From assembly GCA_038241955.1 (NCBI GenBank), contig JBBSSR010000008.1, positions 55,655 to 119,654 on the forward strand: a stretch of DNA of 64,000 nt, in the 5' to 3' direction. The notes beneath the pieces were generated by a model that was not told the DNA's origin, searched no databases, and saw nothing but the letters and a program-made list of their open reading frames with translations. A program made the translations under genes and the position numbers. This document shows positions 18,328 through 26,489 of this stretch, one piece after another. The stretch is from Flavobacteriales bacterium (GTDB lineage: Bacteria > Bacteroidota > Bacteroidia > Flavobacteriales > Flavobacteriaceae). Each line of letters begins with the position of its first letter. Position 1 is the stretch's first letter.

Positions 18328-19247
18328 TATTTTTCCAAATTATTTTTAATTTCCGTCATCAATTGCGCTCCTCCGTTATCAAGAATTTCTTTAGCCATAT
18401 AATAACCGAATTTCTTCCATTCTTGCATTGGAATTGTTTTCTCAACTTCCATTTTTTGTTTACCGTCTATAGAAAACAATACGCCTTTGAACAAAATATC
18501 ATCCTCTACAAATACAGCCAAAGCACCAATTGGTGCGGTACAACCACCTTCTAGTGTTTTTAGAAATTGTCTTTCGATATGCGTACATACTTCGGTATCA
18601 ATATCGTTTAATTCGGCTACTGCTTGACGTGAAAATTCATCATTTGCCATTGCTACAACCACCATTGCTCCTTGTGCAGGTGCGGGAATCATCCAATCGA
18701 GATTGATGTAATTTTCTGGTTTTAAGTTGAGGCGTTCTAGACCTGCAGCAGCAAATATAGCTCCATTCCAATCATTATCTTTCAGTTTTTGCATCCTAGT
18801 ATTTACGTTTCCACGTAAATCTACAACGGTATGATTTGGATATTTATGCCACCATTGTGCTTGGCGACGCAAACTACCCGTTGCGATTGTTCCTGTTGTA
18901 ATTAAAAAATCGAGATTGCCTTTGTGAAGTAAAATATCTACAGTGTTTGCTCTTTCGAGAACCGCTGCTTGAACAATTCCTGCTGGTAAAGCAGTAGGAA
19001 CGTCTTTCATGGAATGAACGGCGATATCTATTTGACCATTGATCATGGCAAGGTCTAAAGTTTTGGTAAAAATTCCTGTGATTCCGAGTTCGTACAGGGG
19101 TTTGTCAAGAAGTATATCACCTTGAGATTTTACAGCTATAATCTCTGTTTTATAACCTAAATCGTTTAGTTTTTTTTCGACGGCATGCGCTTGCCAAAGT
19201 GCCAAATCGCTATCGCGTGTTCCTATTCTAATAACTTTTTGAGCCAT
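18327..19247 (-). CDS. hemC: Hydroxymethylbilane synthase (porphobilinogen deaminase)
   Basis: IGTRDSDLALWQA, AVHSMKDVP, GSLRRQAQ, LRGNVNTR, LEGGCTAPIG. Confidence 0.97.
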   Translation of the reverse strand: MAQKVIRIGTRDSDLALWQAHAVEKKLNDLGYKTEIIAVKSQGDILLDKPLYELGITGIFTKTLDLAMINGQIDIAVHSMKDVPTALPAGIVQAAVLERANTVDILLHKGNLDFLITTGTIATGSLRRQAQWWHKYPNHTVVDLRGNVNTRMQKLKDNDWNGAIFAAAGLERLNLKPENYINLDWMIPAPAQGAMVVVAMANDEFSRQAVAELNDIDTEVCTHIERQFLKTLEGGCTAPIGALAVFVEDDILFKGVLFSIDGKQKMEVEKTIPMQEWKKFGYYMAKEILDNGGAQLMTEIKNNLEK

Positions 19248-19264
19248 ATTATATTAAAACATTG

Positions 19265-19461
19265 TTTTATTTTTTAACCATTAAGAAATTAAGCTTCATT
19301 AAGAGTTATTCTTTTATTAAAAAAATTTTGAGAGCATTCTTATATCCTGTACGACTCCTAATTGTGAAAAATTTATATTTAATCTTGAACCTTTTTATTT
19401 TTTAACCATTAAGAAATTAAGTTTCAGTAAGAGTTATATTAAATTTTACAAATTTCTTAAT
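19265..19461. repeat. 45-bp direct repeat (TTAACCATTAAGAAATTAAG core) upstream of hemC
   Basis: 19265-19309 and 19393-19437 differ at 2 positions; attaagaaatt (19408-19418) pairs with aatttcttaat (19451-19461). Confidence 0.8.
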
Positions 19462-19861
19462 CTTCTAATCTAGAAAAGAATTCGTTTACAAATGGCTTCA
19501 TTGACTTTGTTATGTTTGTTGAATTAAAATTAATCAATAACCCTTGAGGTCTTTGCAATAATTTCATATAGGTTAATAATTGTGCTTCATGAATAGGTAA
19601 TAGAGTCTCTATTGCTTTTAATTCAACAACAACACAATCATTCACTAGTAAATCGATTCTTAAATTTGATTCCAATTCAAGATCATAATAATCAATCTTG
19701 ACTTCCAATTGTTGTTTTACGTCATATCCGTTTCGTTCTAATTCATATTTCAAACATTGCTCATAAATACTTTCTAAAAGTCCAGGTCCAAGTTCTTTAT
19801 GAACCTTTATGGCAAATCCAGTAATTTCATAAGACAACTTGGTAACGTCTTTTTTTGTCAT
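19457..19861 (-). CDS. GxxExxY family protein (PD-(D/E)XK nuclease-like)
   Basis: LGPGLLESIY motif, RIDLLV, VVELKA, AQLLTYMKL, GLLINF; 134 aa. Confidence 0.92.
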   Translation of the reverse strand: MTKKDVTKLSYEITGFAIKVHKELGPGLLESIYEQCLKYELERNGYDVKQQLEVKIDYYDLELESNLRIDLLVNDCVVVELKAIETLLPIHEAQLLTYMKLLQRPQGLLINFNSTNITKSMKPFVNEFFSRLED

Positions 19862-19908
19862 AGATTTTTAAAAACCATTTATAACTTAAATTCACTGTTT
19901 CTGTAAAA

Positions 19909-19937
19909 CTTAATTTTCTTAATATCTTAATGGTTAA
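19909..19937. repeat. Inverted copy of the TTAACCATTAAG repeat on the other side of the GxxExxY gene
   Basis: cttaatggttaa (19926-19937) is the exact reverse complement of 19402-19413. Confidence 0.75.
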
Positions 19938-19941
19938 TCAT

Positions 19942-21246
19942 TTAAGACAAATTAATTTTATATTTTTCTTCGACTTCTGAACGTGCGTTTTTTGGTGCCA
20001 ATTGTCCAATTTTGAATACTTTTTCGATCCATTCGATGCTTTCATCTACAGTAGTATTCTCTTCTTTTAAGTGACTTGCAAAATGATTAGTGATTTTTTG
20101 AATAATTCTAGAACTAATCAATTCGGCTTGCTCTTCATCAAAATTAGATAATTTTTTTCTTTGAAAAGCCAATTCTGTCGTTACAATATCGTTTAATTTA
20201 GCTTTTAATGCGTGGATAGTTGGGGCATATTTGCGACCATTCATCCAGGTATTGAATTCTAATTTCATGTCTTCGATAATTGCTTCGGCGGCAGGAATGT
20301 GATTTTTTCTTCTTTCTAAAGTATCATCTGTCATTTGAGACAAATAATCCAGGTGAATTAAAGTTACACCTTCGATTTCAGCTACATCTGGATTTACATT
20401 TCTTGGAATGGATAAATCTAAAATTAGTAGCGGTTTTTTTAAATTTAACAGTGCTTTGTCAATTGTTGGATTTTGAGCGCCAGTGGCAACAACCAATACA
20501 TCCGTTTGGTGTATTTCTTCTTGCAGATTTGCATAATCTTTTACAATAACATTTAGTTTTCCAGCTATTTTTTCGGCTTTATTCTTGGTTCTATTCACCA
20601 AAGTGATGTGCCCGTTTTTAGTGTGTTTTACTAAATTTTCACAGGTATTACGACCAATTTTTCCTGTTCCGAATAATAGAATGTTTTTATCTCCGACGTT
20701 TTCTACATTGCGGATAATATATTGAACCGATGCAAACGAAACCGATGTTGCACCAGAAGATATTTCAGTATCTGTTTTGATTTTTTTGCTCGCTTGTATG
20801 ACAGAATTTACTAAACGATCTAAAAAAGTGTTTACTAAATTTAGTGATTTACTTTGATTAAAAGCATTTTTAATTTGGCTGATGATTTCAAAATCACCTA
20901 AAATCTGACTATCTAAACCAGTTCCCACGCGAAACATGTGATTAACAGCTTCTTGATTTTTATAAATAAAAGCAACTTCTCTAAATTCTTCTACCGTACC
21001 ATTACTATTTTCGCAAAGTAATTTTATTAACTCATATGGGTGATTGGCAAAACCATAAATCTCTGTTCTATTACAAGTAGAAGTAACGATTAATGATTCT
21101 ATTCCTTCGACTTGAGCTTGAGCTAGTAAATTAGATTGTGCTTCTGCATTTAAACTAAACTTTCCTCTAATTGTAGCATCAGCTTTTTTATAACTTAAAC
21201 CTAAAGCGTAAAAAGTGGTCGTTCTGGACATGTTAAAATTTTCCAT
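19942..21246 (-). CDS. hemA: Glutamyl-tRNA reductase
   Basis: STCNRTEIY, GLDSQILGDFEIISQIK, GTGKIG NADPH motif, LDLSIPRNV. Confidence 0.96.
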   Translation of the reverse strand: MENFNMSRTTTFYALGLSYKKADATIRGKFSLNAEAQSNLLAQAQVEGIESLIVTSTCNRTEIYGFANHPYELIKLLCENSNGTVEEFREVAFIYKNQEAVNHMFRVGTGLDSQILGDFEIISQIKNAFNQSKSLNLVNTFLDRLVNSVIQASKKIKTDTEISSGATSVSFASVQYIIRNVENVGDKNILLFGTGKIGRNTCENLVKHTKNGHITLVNRTKNKAEKIAGKLNVIVKDYANLQEEIHQTDVLVVATGAQNPTIDKALLNLKKPLLILDLSIPRNVNPDVAEIEGVTLIHLDYLSQMTDDTLERRKNHIPAAEAIIEDMKLEFNTWMNGRKYAPTIHALKAKLNDIVTTELAFQRKKLSNFDEEQAELISSRIIQKITNHFASHLKEENTTVDESIEWIEKVFKIGQLAPKNARSEVEEKYKINLS

Positions 21247-21567
21247 ATTATACTTTTCTTAAAAAGTTCAACAAAATTATTACTATCTATTCTATAAAAA
21301 CAACGCTAGAGGTACTTTTTGTGTCGCTATGAAATTTATTGATTCAAAACAGCAATTCTAAATAGTAATTATTGCCACTTATAGTCAAATCAAGCCTTCA
21401 ATAGATAGTTATGTAGATTCGTTCTAAATAACTCCTTCGCTTTTGCTTTAAATTATATACGAGAAAATATCGCTTAGGGTTCTTAGGAGAAGTGTTAAAA
21501 TTTATAATTCCTTAACTTATAATTATATAAGAGTATTGAATAAATTATTCCACTATCAGTTTTAAAT

Positions 21568-21598
21568 AAAAACGCTATCTGAAAAAGATAGCGTTTTT
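21568..21598 (-). terminator. Intrinsic terminator (bidirectional type) after the globin gene
   Basis: aaaaacgctatct-gaaaa-agatagcgttttt perfect 13-bp stem. Confidence 0.75.
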
Positions 21599-21612
21599 AA
21601 TAAATAACAAAA

Positions 21613-22206
21613 TTATTTCTGAACAATTGGAGTTCTTAAAGATTCTAAAACTGCAACAATATCAGTATACAGTTCTGTGTTTGCAGCAACTCCATTTTCA
21701 TTAGCAGCGGCACCAACATATCCTTCGAATTTTGTGTACTCAGCAGCATTAATTTTAGTTCCCATACGTGGGTTTTTTGCTGGATCGTGAGTAGCAACCA
21801 TATTCAAACCAGAATACGTGTTTACTGCATTGGTTCCTCCTGTATTGTACGAGAAGAAATCCGTTAAATTGTCAGATAATTTAGCAATATTTGTTGCTTG
21901 CGTATCGCCTGTTTCTGCCAAAAGAGGTGCAAAATGAGCGCTTAAATTTCCTGTAGCATTCGCTTGCACATCGGCAACAATCAATCCTATTGTTCTATTA
22001 ACAACTTTACGGTAAGACAATCTTCCTGCTTCGATCATTTTTCCAGTATTATCAGGATCAGGAACCATTTTTGTTCCGCCCAATCGTTCGTAGATTGACG
22101 CTTTTTCCATTGGGATAACTGGAGCGTCTTCATCCTTGCTACAAGATGTAAAAGCCGCAGCCGTTACTAGTAATACACCTAAGGTGATTTTTGAGAAATT
22201 TTTCAT
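21613..22206 (-). CDS. Lipoprotein with group I truncated hemoglobin (2/2 globin)-like domain
   Basis: Lipobox FTSC followed by SKDED; SIYERLGG, TGG..YSGLNMVATH (proximal His), KINAAEYTKF, VLESLRTPIV match trHbN-type hallmarks. Confidence 0.75.
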   Translation of the reverse strand: MKNFSKITLGVLLVTAAAFTSCSKDEDAPVIPMEKASIYERLGGTKMVPDPDNTGKMIEAGRLSYRKVVNRTIGLIVADVQANATGNLSAHFAPLLAETGDTQATNIAKLSDNLTDFFSYNTGGTNAVNTYSGLNMVATHDPAKNPRMGTKINAAEYTKFEGYVGAAANENGVAANTELYTDIVAVLESLRTPIVQK

Positions 22207-22224
22207 GATAAAAAGTATTAAAGG

Positions 22225-22659
22225 TTAATTAAAAATTTGATTTAAAGATCTAGCCATTTTATAGCTGAAGCTGTTTTGGTCTATTGGACATACTTCTTTG
22301 TTTGCCAGATTTGCAGCCAAAATATAACGATGAGCGTTATACGGCCTTTTAGTCATTAATTCGTCATAGACCTTTTTCGAATTAGTGACCGTATTGTTAT
22401 GGAAGTACACCACAACATTCTTTTTTACAATTATAGAATCGGAGGTTAATCCTTTAATCGATCTTAAATCTGCACAAATTTGTTTGGCTTGATCAGCGTC
22501 TATAGCTTCCTTAAAGTCAATACGACTAACTTGCAGATTAGGACTTTCATAAACTGCGGGTTTAGCCGTAATAATGTGAAAAAGCATAATTCCAATAAAT
22601 AGCACAACAACTACTACTGCTGTCCATAGTCCTCTTTTTATTATTTTGTTATTTTTCAT
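22225..22659 (-). CDS. Membrane-anchored hypothetical protein, HMA/ferredoxin-like fold without CxxC
   Basis: N-terminal TM ending in LFHI; beta-alpha-beta-beta-alpha pattern (SRIDF..DQAKQICADLRSIKGL..NVVVYF..KKVYDEL); C-terminal VCP. Confidence 0.65.
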   Translation of the reverse strand: MKNNKIIKRGLWTAVVVVVLFIGIMLFHIITAKPAVYESPNLQVSRIDFKEAIDADQAKQICADLRSIKGLTSDSIIVKKNVVVYFHNNTVTNSKKVYDELMTKRPYNAHRYILAANLANKEVCPIDQNSFSYKMARSLNQIFN

Positions 22660-22852
22660 ATCGTTATTCTTTAAAATTGCTTTGATGTTAAAATGATATA
22701 CGAGGACTTTTTAATTTTGGTTTGTTTTTACAACAAAAAATATTTATTTAGAATTACTTTAAATAATTAAAACAAAAATAATCTCATGCTTTTTTATACA
22801 TCTAAATTATTTAAGGCTTGAATTCTACTGTACTTAAATTTTTAAATTTATT

Positions 22853-23692
22853 TTAGAAAACTCTAGCGAGATTAAAACCAAAAAATACATCTCCTGTTTT
22901 CCAGTCTCCAGTTGTTCTTGCTAGATATCCAGCTTCGTCAATACCTTGAGAATTGGTAAAATGCATTTGAAAAACGTGTCCCCCCGTTTCTAAATCAAAA
23001 CCAATAGAAAACTCATTAACATAAAGAGAACCTGGTGCTCTATTTAAATGTGCTGCATAATCCATGTTTAAAGACCAGCGTTTAGAGAACTTATACCTTC
23101 CACCAAAACCTAAAGCATATTGTGTATTACTTTGTGCTTCATCATCTACAAAATTTTCATGAAAAAACGTAGGCGCTATTTCCAAAGAAAGTTTTTCAGT
23201 AAATTTTCTAGAAATTAATAATTGAGCGACATACGTAAACCGATCTTCGAATTGCAGTTTCGGATAATTACTTTCTTTAAGTGTATTATTGATAGATAAA
23301 CTGTTAAATCCAACTATGGCTACGGGCAAACCACCTTTAACTTGAGGAAACAAAGTGTACTTTACAGCTAAGTCATAAGCTAGTTGACTTCTTCCAGCAC
23401 TTACTTGAAGTCCGTCAATTACTCCGTAAATGAATTTAATTTGAGTATTTGCGTTATCTAATCCGTAGAAACCTTCAAAGCCATCCTTCAAAGAGCCAAA
23501 TCGGTGTGCTACAACAAAATACATATCGCCTTTTGCTGCTACTTTTGTAGACTCTAGATTAACAATTTTTAAAGCTTTAAATGCAGAAGCTACTTTTTCG
23601 TTGGTAACAGGAATATCAACACCTGCCAACAAATCATTTTGGGAAAAAGTCAATAATGGTAATAATAATACTAATAGGAAAAGTTTTTTCAT
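22853..23692 (-). CDS. DUF5777 family outer-membrane beta-barrel protein
   Basis: Signal peptide; SAFKALKIVNLES, HRFG, ETGGHVFQMHFTNSQ; terminal GFNLARVF (OM-type aromatic C-terminus). Confidence 0.82.
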   Translation of the reverse strand: MKKLFLLVLLLPLLTFSQNDLLAGVDIPVTNEKVASAFKALKIVNLESTKVAAKGDMYFVVAHRFGSLKDGFEGFYGLDNANTQIKFIYGVIDGLQVSAGRSQLAYDLAVKYTLFPQVKGGLPVAIVGFNSLSINNTLKESNYPKLQFEDRFTYVAQLLISRKFTEKLSLEIAPTFFHENFVDDEAQSNTQYALGFGGRYKFSKRWSLNMDYAAHLNRAPGSLYVNEFSIGFDLETGGHVFQMHFTNSQGIDEAGYLARTTGDWKTGDVFFGFNLARVF

Positions 23693-23725
23693 GAGATTAT
23701 ATTTTAAATTATTTGTGTTTAAGGT

Positions 23726-24115
23726 TTAACGAACAACAGAGCTTTGATCTATTTTAAATTCTCCAAGTAGCTCATCGTATCCTAAAAAGCGTGCTTTGAT
23801 TTTTACCGTTTTACCCGCTTCTAGATTTTTTGGCAAGTTGGATTTGAAGGTTGCAAAAACTTTCTTACCCAAAACGATTCCCTTATTTGCCATATCTACA
23901 GCCGATATTGTTGCTGTTAATTCGACCGTTTTATTTTGATACTTATTATAAGCTAGCGAATCATTTACTGTGAACTCTTTTTCAAGTCCATCAATTGTTA
24001 CCACATAATCGGCCGTTTCATTGCTTATATCTCTATGCGCTTTATACGTATAGCTGTAAACCAAGATTCCAGCTGTCAAGCAAATCGCGATTCCTAGAAG
24101 TATTTTCTTTTTCAT
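23726..24115 (-). CDS. Membrane-anchored OB-fold protein (tRNA_anti-like)
   Basis: N-terminal TM, YKAHRD, NKYQNKTVELTATI, GKTVKIKARFLGYDELL. Confidence 0.72.
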   Translation of the reverse strand: MKKKILLGIAICLTAGILVYSYTYKAHRDISNETADYVVTIDGLEKEFTVNDSLAYNKYQNKTVELTATISAVDMANKGIVLGKKVFATFKSNLPKNLEAGKTVKIKARFLGYDELLGEFKIDQSSVVR

Positions 24116-24272
24116 AACAAGTTTTAATTGTGTTTGAACTATCTACGTTAAAAACTATGTTTTGGTTTTAAATAATAAATATGCACTTCAAAAAAACTAC
24201 AGGATACATTTTACCGTATATGTTCTAGAATCGCCTTTATGCCTCCTTATTTAATTTTTAAAACCAGTTCTT

Positions 24273-24641
24273 ATGAATTTGAAAACTATTTTTTTTGCCT
24301 TATCATTTTCCGTACTTCTTGTGGGTTGTACTGATGAAAACCCAAACAGTTTAATGGCTGATACCCCTTCTACGGGCGTAACAACGTATACCCAAAATGT
24401 AAAATCGATAATCGACAACAATTGTGTTGTATGCCACGCAGCGGTTCCAAAAAATGGAGCTCCAATGTCCTTAGTGACCTACGGCCAAGTGAAAGAAGCT
24501 ATTTTAAATCGTGGTTTACTTAACAGAATTTCATTAGAAAACGGCAACAGTTCTTTAATGCCAAATGGTGGACCAAGAATGCCACAAGCCACAATAGATG
24601 TTATTGTTAAATGGGAAAAAGACGGATTACTAGAACAATAA
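24273..24641 (+). CDS. c-type cytochrome lipoprotein
   Basis: Lipobox LVGC followed by TDE; TYTQNVKSIIDNNCVVCH; LMPNGG..MP; IVKWEKDG. Confidence 0.85.
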   Translation: MNLKTIFFALSFSVLLVGCTDENPNSLMADTPSTGVTTYTQNVKSIIDNNCVVCHAAVPKNGAPMSLVTYGQVKEAILNRGLLNRISLENGNSSLMPNGGPRMPQATIDVIVKWEKDGLLEQ

Positions 24642-24655
24642 TTAAAAGTAGAATT

Positions 24656-25207
24656 ATGAAAAAAATTTTACTTGTAACAATGCTACTCCTCTCTTTGAAT
24701 GTGTTTTCCCAAGAGAAAATGCTTACCAAATCAGGAACAATAACGTTCGACGCTTCTTTTCCTACTTTTGATGAAGTAAAGGCCACTAATAATAGCGTGA
24801 CTTTTATTTTAAATCAAGAGACGGGAGAAGTAGCCTGTTTGGCGTTAATGAAAGCTTTCCATTTTGAAATCGCGTTGATGGAGGAACATTTTAATGAGAA
24901 TTATATGGAAACCGACCAATATCCCAAAGCAATTTTTAGAGGACAAATACAAGAATTTGACCAAAAAACACTTACCACCAATGCAAAAGACTACACGTTA
25001 ATAGGAAAGTTAGAACTGCATGGTAAATCTAAAGACATCAACGTTATTGCGCAGATTAGCAAGGTTGGACCTAGAATTAAAATTGTTTCTACATTCTCGG
25101 TAAATACAAGTGATTACAGCATTCCAATTCCAACGCTTATAAAATATAAATTGGCTAGTAAAGTAAATGTTCAAATTAGCGCTGTTATGATCCTTGATTA
25201 CAAATGA
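24656..25207 (+). CDS. YceI family protein
   Basis: Signal peptide from ATG 24656; LMKAFHFEIALMEEHFNENYMETDQYPKAIF; GKLELHGKSK. Confidence 0.85.
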   Translation: MKKILLVTMLLLSLNVFSQEKMLTKSGTITFDASFPTFDEVKATNNSVTFILNQETGEVACLALMKAFHFEIALMEEHFNENYMETDQYPKAIFRGQIQEFDQKTLTTNAKDYTLIGKLELHGKSKDINVIAQISKVGPRIKIVSTFSVNTSDYSIPIPTLIKYKLASKVNVQISAVMILDYK

Positions 25208-25519
25208 TAATGATTCGTTTATATCAATTTTTTAAAGAAAAAAAGTCATTTCAGCAGTAATAGTCGTTGTACAATTCTTTTAAAAATTGGATAAAAGATG
25301 ATGAAATCTTTAGCCAAAACGCCATTCGAAACGTAGTATTAAAATTTAGAACTTTTGCTTAGCAGCAACCTTGCATTCGTTTTATCCTTAAAACAATAAA
25401 GATTCTATAAATTTAGGATCAAACAAAGGATAAACCACGAAAAATATCTAATTTTGAAAGAAAAATTATTCATTGTCATAAGAAAGACAATTGTAACTTT
25501 ACTAACGAAGATCAATAAA

Positions 25520-26386
25520 ATGCAGGAAGAAATTAAAATTGATGATGATTTTATTTTGATTCGTTTTCAAAATAATACCAATGAAATAAAAACTTTTCAA
25601 CGTCCAATTGAATTGGGATTGATTCAATTTCATTTTGGTTTAAAAGGAAATGCCAATTATATTTTCAATCAGGGAAATTATAACCTAAAGCTCAACGAAG
25701 AAAAAGCACTACTTTTTTATAATACTGAAAAAGAATTGCCGTTGCATGTTGAAATGGCTCCAAAATCTTGGTTGATTTCTATCTTTGTTTCTATCAAAAA
25801 GTTCCATGGCTTATTTACTACAGATGCGGAACACATACCTTTTTTAAGCAAAGAAAACAAAGAGAAAAAATACTATAACGAAAGTGACATTAGTCCCTCA
25901 ATGGCGATTGTTCTGAATCAAATGTTTCATTATAATTTGAATCCATCAATAAAGAACTTATATTATAAAGGTAAAGGCTACGAACTATTGAGTTTGTTTT
26001 TCAATAGAAATCAAGATCCGAACGCCGAACAATGTCCTTTTTTAGTTGATGAAGAAAATGTACTTAAAATTAAAAAAGCCAAAGAAATCATAATTGCAAA
26101 TATGGCCGAACCGCCAAGTTTACAAGAATTAGCAGATCAAATAGGGTTGACATTAAAGAAACTCAAAATGGGTTTTAAGCAAATTTATGGCGATACCGTT
26201 TACGGATTTCTATTCGATTATAAAATGGATACCGCTCGAAAATTACTCGATAGCGGTTCGTATAATGTAAACGAAGTTGGTCTTAAAATTGGCTACAGCA
26301 CAGGAAGTCATTTCATTGCAGCATTTAAGAAGAAATTTGCTACTACTCCAAAAAAATACCTGATGTCTTTGAATAGCAATGTTTAA
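25520..26386 (+). CDS. AraC family transcriptional regulator (PchR/YbtA-like), upstream of hemH
   Basis: PPSLQELADQIGLTLKKLKMGFKQIYGDTVYG ... VNEVGLKIGYSTGSHFIAAFKKKF. Start set at MQEE (25520); upstream TTG at 25454 is an alternative. Confidence 0.9.
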   Translation: MQEEIKIDDDFILIRFQNNTNEIKTFQRPIELGLIQFHFGLKGNANYIFNQGNYNLKLNEEKALLFYNTEKELPLHVEMAPKSWLISIFVSIKKFHGLFTTDAEHIPFLSKENKEKKYYNESDISPSMAIVLNQMFHYNLNPSIKNLYYKGKGYELLSLFFNRNQDPNAEQCPFLVDEENVLKIKKAKEIIIANMAEPPSLQELADQIGLTLKKLKMGFKQIYGDTVYGFLFDYKMDTARKLLDSGSYNVNEVGLKIGYSTGSHFIAAFKKKFATTPKKYLMSLNSNV

Positions 26387-26489
26387 ATGTGCATCAGTTT
26401 TAGATATTAAATTATAAGAAAAAAATAACATTTATCATATTTCAAAAAAGTGGGTTTCGCTACTTTTGAACAAAATTAAAAATCTGCAT

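Noticed and set aside
24880-24905. YceI EHFNENY resembling the CcmE heme-binding KHDENY motif
   Set aside because: Different folds; this His segment corresponds to the usual YceI family motif, so the match is probably coincidental.
25203-25225. Fur box-like AATGATAATGATTCG upstream of the AraC gene
   Set aside because: Only one half-site matches, it overlaps the yceI stop codon, and it is ~300 bp from the AraC start in very AT-rich DNA.
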